From positions 16,922,587 through 16,986,586 of the forward strand of contig CM120648.1 in NCBI GenBank assembly GCA_051362555.1: a stretch of DNA of 64,000 nt, written 5' to 3'. The first letter of the stretch is position 1. The number at the start of each line of letters is the position of its first letter. Positions 52,201 to 64,000 of the stretch are shown one piece after another. The notes under the pieces are model-generated. The model was not told the DNA's origin, did not search any database, and saw nothing but the letters and a program-made list of their open reading frames with translations. A program made the position numbers and the translations under genes. The DNA is from Lingula anatina. Taxonomy: Eukaryota; Animalia; Brachiopoda.

Positions 52201-55200
52201 CCATAAAAATCAGTGCACAAAGATTTAAAATGATATATATCTAAAATATCCATATTTATATTTAAACCTTACATTGACACACGGCATATTTTAAAGTTAA
52301 GTTAAAACTGATATATTTTCAAATTGGGAACTCTTAAAATCTTCATACAATTAGACTGGGGTTGATATCTGTTTTTTTCATACAGAGAGTAAATCTGACC
52401 TGTATAATAATAAACAAAGTCAGTGTGACGTAGACGCTGGTGTCCGGGTGATTCCAGTGACTGAGGACCTCTAGTTGGTCCAGATCTAAGTTCTCTGCTT
52501 TCCCCGTGGACCATGTGAAGTTACTGAACAACTCATTCACAGCTTCTCGGTGAGTTAACTGAAAGAATATTGAACCTCTTGGTGAGTTAACTGAAAGTAC
52601 ATTGAACTTTTCAGTGAGTTAACTGAAACAGGCCTACCAAACTACCAGACTCAGCACCCAATGATCCCTAATTCACCGGTAGATTGGACCACAATACCTG
52701 TTTTCAAGGTGTGCATCGGGGTTGGAAAATGGTGCATCTCATCTCAAAATTTGTTCCGGGTATCATACTGTGAAATGTGTACATTTGGTGCCTAGTCTGG
52801 TAGCTGGGTAGGCCTGTGAAAGTACAGTGGACTTTTTAGTGAGAAAACTGAAAGTACACTAAACTTCTCAGTAAGTCAGTCAAATAAAATGAACAGTGGG
52901 CTTTTTAGTGAGTTAGCTGAAAATACACTGGACTCTCAGTAAGCCAAATTAAAAGCAGTGCACTTCTCAGTGATTTAAGTGAAGGTACAGTGGACTTCTC
53001 AAGTAAGTCAAATAAAAGAACAGTGGTCTTCTTGGTGTATGAAGTGAAAGTACACTGAACTTCTCCATGATGTAACTGAAAGTGTGTGGAAAGTAATTTA
53101 TGCTTTGATACCACTGCAGTTTTCTCCAGTATAATCTCAGTACATTTTGAGGTATCTATTACTAATGCAGAAAAGGTTTGGTAAGTTGTGTTGGAAAAAT
53201 CGGACAAACTAATCATTTGTTTGTTTCAATTGAGATAGCCCTTGTCTTGTGAAAAATGTTTCCAGAAACGTACCATTCCAGCTGTATACTGCCCCAGCCC
53301 CAAGGGAAAGGATAGAGTGGATATCAAAAATGTTATCACAGTAGGATAGATGAATCGACTGAAATAAATAAAACATGTTATATTTACTACACATTATATC
53401 ACACAAAAAATGGGAATAAACTGAATGCTAATAAAAGGTATCTTCACCATGTCCTTTTTACATAATTATCCCAAACATTTCCCTATGTGATAACAATTAT
53501 AAAAACATTTATTGTTAGCAACAATGGGATAATTATATTATAATCTATATTAAAATGCTTCACTGTGTTGTGAGCGAAAAACTAGTGTAATTGTCCTATA
53601 AATGCTTGAAGCAGCTATATAACCACTTGTGATCTACTTTATGTGACATACATATATGCAAATCAGTTGCACATCCATATAATTACCCTCTTGTACATCA
53701 CATACAGTGGATGACTCCTGTTGAAACTGGTACTTACTTCTTCTGGAGAAAGGAGGACAATTTCCTCTGTTTTCGTATAAAGTGGATAATTTTCCTGTGG
53801 AAATAAATGAACAGAGCACCGCCAAACCCACACACCAATCTGTAAAAGGAAAGAAAAGGTTCCATCGGACAATAATTTTGACCTGATGCATCATTTACCA
53901 ATAGAAAACACACTCCCTATTATATAAACTGCACTGCAAGCATAGTTCTTATTTGTTAAGAACTGCTTTGAAATTATTCAAAACTTGTGATTCCTCATAT
54001 AATTCAATCACAGTGACACAGTGTTAACATATCAAGCAAATGACATGTTCTACAGCTCAGAAACTGTAGGATCGGCTAAATTGAATGTCACAATAATAAA
54101 ACAGACAAATGCATGATGAAAACTAAATGTGCAATCACCTCATCCTTCCTGTGAATTGCTTTCTTAAGTGACTGACCCTTTCCCAGTGACTTGCCCTTTT
54201 TACTAAATCACCCTCCCAGTGACTAGCCTTCAAATTGGCTCCACCTTCCCCAGCCACTCACCCTATGGTGCCAAATGCCAACAGCTCCACAGCATCAAAT
54301 GGAAACTCTTGTCTTAGACTAGTCTTAAACAGGGCAGTGATGGTTTCTATGGAGGCAAAGAAAGATGGATGGTTAACATAATTCAATAAAAAGCAACAAG
54401 GTATCAGAATAATTTTATTTCCTCCAAGATCCCTATGACAGGCCTGTATGACAACCAGCTGAAGTGGTCAAATGAGTGTCTCTGGTGCTCCAGGTGGTCA
54501 AAGCTGGCCCCTAGTTTTAACTTAGCTCTAAACCAGTGATTAACTCAGGCAAAATTAAGCTCTTAACCTATCATTGTAATCAGTTAAAACAAGCAAAATT
54601 AACTGAAATCTGACATTTCAATATTTAATAACACTTAACTATGATGATTGATGAAAAAAATGGAAAATTCTGTTCTTTAGTTACCTTCTTCCTGCACCCA
54701 TATTGCCAGTAAGCGAAATACTGCAGCCCCACACACTGCAGAGAAGAACCCTCTCCAGTAGTTCCTGACAGCAAAATATACTGATGTGACTTCTATACTA
54801 AATAACACTCCTGAAGAGAAAAAAGACAAATTAACAATTTCATGAAGTTACTGAAGCATACAGCAACTCATTAACCAAGGTCAAAGTTGAATGAAATACT
54901 TTTTTTTTAAGAGGACATATTTCAATTTAAGATGAGTCCAGATTTCTAATATGAGAAAGATGTTTTAGTGTTAGAGCCCTGCACTACATCTGTTCTGAAC
55001 ATTAAGTTTTAAACAGGGATGAGACTGCCATTCAGTGAAATAAGTAAGAAAATATGGCGTGGGACCTAAGGGGCTGCCTAGACCAATGATATTTTTGGCT
55101 CCCTAAAAGTTCTAAATCTGCCCATAGTCAGAAAAAAATCTCTTCCTTGAGCAAATTTCTTATTGTTACAGCAGTAGATAGCAGCATACCTCCGATAGGA

Positions 55201-58200
55201 GCAGCAAAAGTACATGCCACCCCCACAGCACAGGCAGCAGCCAGCATCTCATAGTTACGGGATTCATTCTGGAAATACATGTCTAATGTAATAATAATAT
55301 CTTTATAATATAAAATAAATTGTCATAATACTGTAAAGTTGTAACATAATATTTCATTTTATTACTTGTGCATCTAAACAATTTCAACAAACTGACAGCA
55401 CACTACAAATGCCATCCCCCTCAAAAAATAAATAAATATATATATATATATATATATAGGACATAAATATTAATGTTAAAGTCATAATAACTCTTCATTT
55501 TGGCCAAAAATTGGATTTTCCTGGAGTAAACGGCAATTTTCCCGTACTTACCAATGGTCAGCGACCCCATTCTTGCATTCAAAGTTAATCCAGGGTTTTT
55601 TTCCTAAACGTACGATTTTTTGTTAAAATCTCTTAAGAGATTTTAACTGACGGAGCTCTCTCTGACATCGCATAGTCACTGTTGACCTACTTAAAACCGC
55701 GGGAAAAGCAGACAACAACAACACTATATAAGATTCATGAGATATATTCGTCTTTTTGTTAAAAATACATTAATATCCACAATGTGTGCCATTCTGGGCT
55801 TTTCGTTATCCGACGCACTGTACAAAAACTCGCAACTTACGTCTGCGTCTGCATTAATGCGTTTGCCGCCATATGTTATTTTGGTCTCGAATGAACGCGA
55901 GAATCCGCGTGACACCATTACGTCATTAGCAACGAATGCCTTGATGACCAGGAAGAAAAGCATCGTAAGCCCTATTGACAAGCACAGATTTTAGTTTTAC
56001 TACAATAACGGCCGTTTTAGTGGTAAAATACAATAGAATATATTTCCATGCGTTGTTTACAATGTATTTCATGCGGAATTTTGAATCTCAAAGGAAGAGT
56101 TACTATGGCTTTAACACACTATACTTACATCATAAATCCCTCTGAAGGCCATTAACTTGGATAACAAAGTGGCCACAATACTGGCTACATGGACAAAGGG
56201 GCCCTGAAAAGGGATAATCAACCCACTTACATATCATAACAGTGACGTACAGCATTATATGGAATTTTAACCAGACATGCTGAAAACTATTCAGAATGGC
56301 AGTACATTTGGGCCGAAACTAATGAAAAATTTGCTGGACCATATGCATTTTTGCCAGTCCGAAAATTACCCTATGCATTTGAGATGGATACTATGATCAA
56401 AGGTAGCTTACTTTGTTTGTGAATGTGATTGGTTAGAAATGGAAGGGGAAAAACGCTTTGGGTTTTATATAATTTTATTAGTGAAGTATGTCGAATGATG
56501 ACTGTAAATTCAAAATTGCTGTTCTTAAATCTCTTGTCGGTCCTCTGGACTGACCATGTACAATTTCAGGTGAGACTGACTGCCCACTAAGGAATACAAA
56601 CCAGGGAACTTTACAGAATACAAACCTCTTTCCCTATGGGAAGTCTACTGCCCAGTGAGGAACACAAGCCGACCACTTTCGACACCAAAGTCTTCAATGT
56701 CAAGTATTCTTTAAGCACAACCCCGCGAAGAATAGTTTTCATTTCTGGAATTCCTGAACCTAAAAATATACAAATGTGTCATTTATAAATGGAATGCAGA
56801 GCTTAGGCTGGCATGGGTAAATTTCAAAAAAAAAAAAAAAAAAGGTTACTTCATCATCATGGGGAGGTGATTCACTGCACTTTTCAATAAAGTTTTTTAT
56901 GAAATACTTGGATTAGTAGCTGGCAATATAAAATATAGTACCTAAAAGTACTTGAAGTATCAATTCAAAGATAATGCTCTAAATTTACTTTTAAATCTAT
57001 ATGGAACTGATTATTATCTCAGTAATCCACGGATAGTGCACCTACCTATTGCATTGGGAGCCACAATATGTACAAACCCTGTGGAGAAGAGGATAAATGT
57101 TATGGGGTACAGAACCCAGGCAAAGAACTGCAAGGGCGGATACTCCCCAAGTTCTTTATACAACCAGATGTGAGCTGAAATAAGAAACAGTAGATGTATT
57201 TATATAATTATAATATATTTAACCCCCTCCGGGAGGGGTGTGACTGGGATAGAAATGAATACAGGAAAACTAAGTATCACATCTAGGAGACCACTCCCAG
57301 AGACTATTGTATTAATTTTGGATCGATCTATCTCCAAGCTGATTATCACTAAATTGCAATCAACTTAAACTGCTTTCATGTCCGTCATGCCTATTAAAGC
57401 TGTTAGGGGGTAATAAACTATGGGACGCTGGGCGAGCTAGAAAGTTAATTACCCCCTAGCTGATTCCGTAGGCATGACAGCTGCTTAAGTTGACAGCAAT
57501 TTAGCATGAATCCCCTTGGAGATAAACCTATCCTGCTGTATCGATCTAGGAATGGGAACCCAGTCTAAGGGTGTATTCCCAGAGATTTAGATCAATCCAG
57601 GGATTAAGAATTAGATCGATCTAACTCCCTGGGGGTTCACGCTAAATTGCAGTCAATCGAGCGCGCACCATAGTTAATTACCCCCTTACAGCTTTCAGTA
57701 GGCGGGACAGACGCTTAAGCCGGCTAAGCTGACAGTTATCTAGTGAGACTCCCCACAGGGACAGATCGATCTTAAATCTATGGAAATGGGGTCTAAGTCA
57801 ATGCAAGTGAACTTACAGTATACTATTAGTATGGAGTAGGTAACAAAGTTTTTGGTTTGAAGAGTTTTGACTGGTACCCTGGGCAGCTTTGTATGGAGGC
57901 TTGCAAATGAACTGTTTTTCTCTCCTATTGCTTTGTCCATTGTATGTATCCAGCTGCCACGTTATCAGAGGGTTAAGATAAAACAAGTTAATTAAAAGCA
58001 ACTTTAAAGTGGGCAATAAAATATAAACCTTCATTTTCCTGTCAAGATCTTGCATTATCATTAATTTTCAAAGTCATTTTAAACCGATTTAGTTAACTAA
58101 TGAAGATGAAGAGAAATTGAAGAGTTTTGTTGCTGGGTGAATCAATAAATGTGTGTACATTTCAAACTGAGAAATATATCAAGTTACCAAAAGTTTAACA

Positions 58201-61200
58201 TAAAAGCAACTTAAAAGTCTGCAAAATATAAACCCTCACATTATTCTAAATTTTCAAAGTCATTTTAAACCAAGTTTAGAAGTGAACTAATGAAGATAAA
58301 TAGAAATTGAAGAGTTTTGTTCCTTGGTGAATCAATAAATGTGTGTACATTTCAAACTGAGACCCAGGCCTCTGGTTTTACCATTAACTTACATCAACTG
58401 CTCTCCCAGACATTAACTGGCAAAGTTTAGAGAATAATTCTTACTCAATCCAGTCTAAGAAACCTCTAAAGTGTGATTAGCCTATCCCAAAGGAGCAATC
58501 AAGTCAATATATTCATCTAATATCTCATACACTTACACAACCATTCAATTTCTTCTGACAAAAAGAAAGAAAAATCCATATTCCTGTTTGCATTTTTATT
58601 GTTTATGGCTTTGTTTGTTTGTTAAGACCTACAATACTGGATAAACTATTCATATACCCATTCGCTTCAAGACAAATGCAGACAAGAATTGACATTTTTT
58701 GTTTATAGATGTATTTTTTTTACATAGCAACTTCAATTCCTTATAAACTATTCAAAACCCCACACACTTAAACATGCAAACATTTACAGCCTTTTGTAGG
58801 TGCAAGCACATGTAAATCACACACAAAAAAACTCATGTACAAACATAAAAAACAGTGATGTGATTTGGGGGAGTGGGGGACTGAAAATTAATGTAGTGTA
58901 ATTATCCCAAAAAAAAGTTTTTTAAAAAGTTTAACCACCAGCGATGTGAAAAAAATCATATCCCTGTAAAAAGCAAGCAACTCAGTTCAACTACAATCAG
59001 TTTCTTACCATGTTGGCACCTTTCTATGACCCAGTCCATGGCAAAGCTCAGTATCGCCATGACAACCCCCAGTAATGCCAAGAAAACCCAGTCTTCTCCA
59101 AGTCTCTGGATAACAGTGCTTCTGAACCATAGACAAAAACCTGAAAGATATACACAATGTACGTGATATATTTCTGAAAACACTGTGCTTGTGACTAGTA
59201 TGTGTAAAAATGTGTGTCAGAGACAAGGCACAAAACACACAGGCAAGTAAAGAAAAGTTTTAAAGCAAAAACTGGATTTCTTTATATATCTGGTAGTGGT
59301 AGGGGCAACATTACTGTTATAGTTCTAACCCTGAGAATTATAGACTGTAGCATTTTAAATTCTGGAAGTGAGAGTAATGTTACTGATATAAAACCCTGAG
59401 TTTCAGAGGCAGAGATATGCTGATAATAAACTGACAGGTAAGTTGCCAGTAAACTCTGAATCTCAGGGGGGGGGGGTTAAGAGGCCAATGGATCCTCCTC
59501 CCCAGGGTGTGCACCCCACCATCATCTTCATTTTATTGAAACAGAAATAGACATGGCTGCTACAACTGCCAGAGGATGCACAAAGCCTGAAGGGAGCACT
59601 TCTTTTACAACTTTTCAGATGAAGAAAATCAAAAACAGCTGAAAAAGTCAACAAAGTTATGGATTATGACAAGATCAATTTGTTTGCTGAGCTGTCTACT
59701 CTGGCACACCATAAATAGCAATCTTTGTGATAGTTGCTGAAGATTTTCCACAAGCTTTGTCCTACAACATCAGGTATATCACGGCACAGAACACAAAGAA
59801 CTATTGAACAATCTCACATGGGCGTTTTAATGTGGCTGAAATACAGGACTTTATTTAGAGAATCATTACTTAGAGAATATGATGTGTTTGGTTGCTTGTC
59901 TTTGAACGAACTGCTCTCTCCCCCCCCCCCCCCCCCAATCCTCCATGCACGAAAACCCAAACCCTTTCATTCAAATATCATAGAAGCTAAATAAAATGCC
60001 CTACCTCTACACTTGTGGAAGCATATATTATCAGTATAAATATAGAAGCCTTTGGGTGCCTGTAGCCTCTCCTCTGCCTTCCGCCTGTGTTCTTGTAGCC
60101 TTTTGATCCTGACGGCCTCGTGTTTGGCGTACTCCCCCAGGTCTTGGGTGTAGCGGCCATACATCTACAAGGAACAGTTGCCATTAAAATTTCATTCAAC
60201 GTTTTCATGCCAGTACAGCGTGTCTCAAGGTTGAGATATGAGCTAGTTTATTCAATAAAAAGTTCCTACAGGTTACCAAGTCCAAGAGACTGGTTGCCCT
60301 TCTGGATGCCTTAAACTGTATATATGTAGTTACACATTTTCCTAATGGGCCCATTAAATGTCACCAACAAGAATAGCTTGCTGTGAATTATGGGAAGATA
60401 TTTACAGGTGGAAATGTAGATCTTTTTTTTTTCGGGAAGAACTTTTCAGCATGAGTCAAAAAGATGTTTGGCTTGTGGCATCCAGTCTCTGATTAGACAT
60501 ATTGTTAACTATTTCTACAGTAAATCAAGCTTAGATCATCATTTCATAATGAACAAAAATAAAAAAAAATAATATTTAAAAAAGATCAACTCTGGGCTCA
60601 TTCAAGCAAAAATTCTAAAACTGACAAAATAATTAATATTTCATCCAAATTATCAGATCAAATAAGTTACTATATTAGACTGGAAGAGCAGTAACTACGG
60701 AACTATAAGAGAGCCCAGGGTCTTTTTATTACATCATACTAACATAGGTAATACTGATACTTACAGCAACAGGCTGGACCCATCAGATATGACTGAATAT
60801 TGCAAAGTGCAAGGGACAAGTTCTGCTGATGTTACATTTCTTTCTGCCATGTCTTTCTTTTGTTTTTCTTCAATAGGCCAGTTTAATATGTCCAAGCAAC
60901 AGCCCAGAGACCACTGCCTTACTATTAATTTTCATTTGATATTTTTATATTTCTTTAACAAATGTTGACCCATATTTGATTATAAATATAATGAAAAACA
61001 GTCCCACTTTAATCCAACTGTTGCTCCATGACACCCAAGCCCTAATAATTTACTGACCAAGGCAGAAACCTTAGCCAGTAACAGAAAGACATTTTTACCA
61101 GGACAGTTTTAATACCATTGGTATTTAGCTTGGGGTGAGTGGCTAAAGCCAAAGTCTGAAAACAAAAGAAATCAAATAATTAAAAGAAAAAGAAAACCAC

Positions 61201-62338
61201 AAACAGGTCTTACCAAAGATGAAACATATTCAAATATAGATGAAGAGTTCCTCCGTATTCCTGATGACTTCAGGTCCCGTCCACCAGGGGGCATTAGTCT
61301 GTTAATACCCATGGTGCAGCCTGTGGGAGATTTCACAGATGGCAAAGATGGCGGCAGTGTAGAAAAAGAAGACCTTCTACTGTCTGGGTAAACAGGTTGT
61401 CCAGATAGCCACATATCAGGTGATGGTGACCGCGATGTTGGAGACATGGTACGTCTCAGCGGCGGTGCACACGGTAAAGACACCCTCCTCAGTGGTGAAA
61501 ATGGTGTAAGTCCAAGTGGTGATGGCGATGGAGATCTTGACAGTGCCGTGTTCATTTCACCACCATGCACCGTCACCAGTGGTGAATCCTCTGGTATATC
61601 AGGGATGTTATCACCCATACAGAGAAACGGGGACCCTGATCTTCTCCGTGTCAGAGGAACTATTTCTCGGGTAGGAGATCTACGAATACAGGTTGGTGAA
61701 AAGGGGTAATTTTCTCCACCAGATGGCAGTTTAGTCTGTAGTATCCCTCCCCCTGGGACCGAACAACTCTGTTTACTTGTACTCCCCTCAGATATTTCTC
61801 CTGTCATGACTGGATCTGTCTGGACTGGAGATTCAGCAGGGAAAGTTAAAGTTGGGGACAGCAATACTGGGGAGTTCACCAATCTCGGTGATTCTTTTTT
61901 GTCTTTATCTAACATAGACAATGTATCTTGGGGAATCTGCAGAGACAAATTTGTATCTCTTCTACTGTCTTTTGACTCTCCAGAGGAACCAAGTGATAAA
62001 AATGGTTTCTTTTTCTTGGGAGCAATCTTGGGCGGAGGGTAGAGGTGACAACCTGCCCCAGTTTCTGAGCACCTGGGTGATAACCCTCCACCTGATACCA
62101 TATCATTACTAGTAGACACACAGTCCACTGGCTCATCAACAGCCTTGGGAGGTGTCACCTTAGACAAAACAGTGCTGTTACCATCAGTTAGTGTCTTATC
62201 ACAAGTACTGTCGCTGTCCACTATCATCCCTTGTTGTGAGACTTCTGCTTCATGTTGGGCCAACGGTTCGCCTGCCTCTTCCAGAACAGCCTCACTGCAT
62301 GGCGGCGGAGAAGACATGTTTTCTGGATGTTCCTCCAT
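38946..62338 (-). CDS. CLCN2: CLC-family voltage-gated chloride channel, ClC-2/ClC-a-like, with two CBS domains
   Basis: Exons: 62338-61214, 60164-60005 ([10 protein letters not shown]), 59140-59009 ([12 protein letters not shown]), 57174-57046, 56759-56626 (GSGIPE..GKE), 56203-56129 (GPFVH), 55268-55190, 54810-54685 (GVLFSIEVT), 54346-54262, 53839-53738, 53358-53274, 52558-52400, 51866-51797 (GVFIP), 51300-51190, 50746-50649, 50399-50284 (PSIYD), 49474-49341, 48785-48457, 48093-47892, 47228-47134, 45736-45659, uncertain linker exons near 44700 and 42922-43010, then 39991-39887 ([14 protein letters not shown]), 39523-39437 and 39065-38946 (stop). IEVT (Val at the proton-glutamate site) indicates a channel, not an antiporter. 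Confidence 0.92.
40008..40246. repeat. ~22-bp minisatellite (ACTGTCAAAACAATGTCACACC)
   Basis: About 11 degenerate copies next to a CLC acceptor site. Confidence 0.85.
40800..41030 (+). mobile_element. Compact DINE-1/HINE-type Helentron-associated element
   Basis: T-run, subTIR ACCTCTGCCAAG, GTTT/GTCT microsatellite, inverted subTIR CTCGGCAGAGGT, hairpin GCACTC-TCG-GAGTGC, then TTTTCTAGT. Confidence 0.8.
42428..42662. repeat. 29-bp pyrimidine-rich minisatellite
   Basis: CTGACCCCTCCCTGACCTTCACTTCACCT, about 8 copies. Confidence 0.85.
43610..43858. mobile_element. ~250-bp palindromic MITE (same family as 30340 and 48170)
   Basis: GACTGGGTTACCATGCCTAGA start, TTAATTACCCCCT core, CTAAATTGC / GCAATTTAG inverted pair. 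Confidence 0.6.
45906..46666. repeat. 97-bp minisatellite, about 8 near-identical copies
   Basis: GGTGTAATACCACACACTAACTGTTGTACTGACTCAGAGGGCAAACAGTTGACAAGCCTGGGTAGATACAGGTATGTTGACCTTCAGGTAGTTTAAT. Confidence 0.95.
46948..47014. repeat. (TAATA)n microsatellite
   Basis: Perfect pentanucleotide run. Confidence 0.9.
48169..48418. mobile_element. ~250-bp palindromic MITE (same family)
   Basis: AGACTGGGTTCTCATGCCTAGATCGATC start, GGGGGTAA..TTACCCCC centre. Confidence 0.65.
49607..50307 (-). repeat. 32-bp minisatellite, 22 copies, made of the CLC exon 3' end plus splice donor
   Basis: Minus-strand unit TGATATCATCCCCACCAAGTCCAG|GTAATATG. The first copy encodes DIIPTKS of exon 50399-50284. Confidence 0.95.
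51863..52195. repeat. ~110-bp tandem repeat, 3 copies, overlapping a CLC acceptor
   Basis: AAACT(G/A)GAAACAAATGTAATCCATTATTAT..GTGAGATCACTCT..CCTTACTGAACCTGAAAGATCA. Confidence 0.85.
55480..56110. mobile_element. Kolobok-type TTAA element, longer relative of 2254-2580 in the opposite orientation
   Basis: TTAA at 55476-55479 and 56111-56114. TIRs ATAATAACTCTTC / GAAGAGTTACTAT. 55480-55640 matches the reverse complement of 2420-2580. Confidence 0.75.
57300..57797. mobile_element. Two adjacent copies of the ~270-bp palindromic MITE family
   Basis: 57300-57567 ends TCTAGGAATGGGAACCCAGTCTA. 57610-57797 has the same core (GCTAAATTGC..TTAATTACCCCCT). Confidence 0.6.
58065..58341. repeat. Local direct duplication (~185-bp period)
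   Basis: TTTTCAAAGTCATTTTAAACC..GTGAATCAATAAATGTGTGTACATTTCAAACTGAGA occurs twice. Confidence 0.75.
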
Positions 62339-63397
62339 TACAATGCTGTCACTTGGTCTGATACTAACATTATGCAATTTGTTTCCATTGTTTTCTTCTG
62401 CTAACTGCAGTGGTATACTCCTTCTATCATGATTTTCGATTCAGGAACTGTAATACATTTTAGCCTGCTACTTTATCACCAGCAATACTCTGCCTGCCGC
62501 TAACTATTGTTTTATCATATGAAAGACAGAGTGTTTGTAAAATCTTTTATCTATGTTCTGTTTTCTGAAAACAAATAAGCAAAGTTTGTCCTCTTTTTCT
62601 CTCCTCCTATACCTACTACACTTCATAGTGCTAATGTTTTTCTTTCCCTGTCTTTTCCAGCTGTTGAAGCAAAGCCTTGGAGATCTTAATAAAAAGACCA
62701 ACCACCACTTTCTACTGATCTAACTGCAGACTGCCATTGCCTTGCCAGGAACAGCCAGAGAAAGAGGCACTGCAATCCATGGCCTGTCTGTGATCAGTTG
62801 ATGCAAGCAGCCAGTTCCACTCTGGCCTTGGATGTTCTAGATATAGATTCTACTAAGTTGTAAGTCAGTATATGTAGATGATCCCCCCATGGCACACTGA
62901 CATTTTCATGGTATCCCTGCTGAACCATTAGTCTTGCTGTCATTGGTATGTATACCAGTATAAATAAGATGTTCAACTGTAGATTAATGATATCATCAAC
63001 TTCGAGATCCTACAACACAATAACAATACAATAACTGTCACAGTTCTAAAGATTTCTCCATCAACACTGTGCATATTTAAATATTTCAATTACTGATAAG
63101 CTCAAAATCTTCATATATCGTCTTTGTATCATCTTTTCAAACAAAAATGACTGTTAAAACAACTGTTACAGATCCCTAAACAAACTGTTCCAAAAAAGTC
63201 AGTGCTGTGTTTATCACCAGTTTTAAAGCAATCTTTTAAGCAATCCTTTACACCTAAATAACACCTCTACAGCATAATTTGTCTGACTGACAACTTCAAC
63301 TTCAGCCCATATGTTGTTTACCAACACTGCAGATACACATCAGATACAAACTAACTCCAACAGGAAAACCAAGTTTAACTGTTAAAAACATCTTAAC

Positions 63398-64000
63398 ACT
63401 AGAGGATCAGAGAGGCGATACCGCCTCCGAATATTGTACCACCAGCTGGAGCAAGCGCATTCGTATAGACCCCCACATACACAAAATAAGGGACATAGCC
63501 ACCAGTTTTGTGCTTGACAAGCTGTAAAAATGCAATCAACAAGAATTTTTAAACTATTGCAAAAAATATATATGGTACAATCAAATTTAAGTTCTTCGTA
63601 AGGTAGGTCAAGGGAAAATTTCAAGGTCACAGTAAATTGCCAGTATATGACTTCCTATTCAAGTTCAAGAGTAACTATGGACCTATCTCTGTCAAGTTTG
63701 AAGTTAAAAGAGAAAGAAATTAGCAGAGTTCAGTTCATGATAAAAAGTAGGTCAAAGGTCAATTTCAAGGTCACATTTAGATTGCCAGTATATGACTTTC
63801 TATTCAAGTTCAATAGTAACTATGGACCTATCTCTGCCAGTTTTGGAGATAAAAGGGAAGCAAAATTTGCAAAGTTCAGTTTATGGTGAAAAGTAGGACA
63901 AAGGTCAATTTTAATGTCACATTTATAATGCCAGTATATGACTTCCTATTCAAGTTCAATAGTAACTACGGACCTATCTCAGCCAGTTTTGGAGATAAAA
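63398..64000 (-). mobile_element. Helentron-like family B copy with satellite, running off the window
   Basis: ACTAGAGGATCAGAGAGGCGATACCGCCTC..GTACCACCAGCTGG is nearly identical to 7180-7250 and is followed by the same satellite units. Confidence 0.85.

Noticed and set aside
59710-59761. Extra ClC exon ([17 protein letters not shown])
   Set aside because: It would need a poor GC donor upstream. Direct splicing 60005->59140 is in phase and aligns better with ClC-2.

Overview
AT-rich, intron-containing eukaryotic genomic DNA, probably from an invertebrate animal (inference from gene and repeat content). Three host genes can be reconstructed by hand. (1) A minus-strand, ~994-aa kinase-less ROCO gene (16316->2855) in which an NHL beta-propeller exon appears to splice in frame onto a Roc GTPase-COR core. 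(2) A plus-strand HSD11B1L-like short-chain dehydrogenase (30671-34830) that lacks its cofactor-binding exons and is probably a pseudogene. (3) A minus-strand ClC-2-like chloride channel of about 24 exons (62338->38946). Around them are a young, intact Ty3/Gypsy element with identical 92-bp LTRs, a decayed DUF4806-like gene, Helentron-type non-autonomous elements carrying satellite arrays, and Kolobok-, Academ-, MULE- and Harbinger-type non-autonomous DNA elements. The two most notable observations are the NHL-Roc-COR architecture and a recurring pattern of tandem amplification of exon/splice-site junctions, up to 22 copies. All splice models are read by eye, without transcript support.
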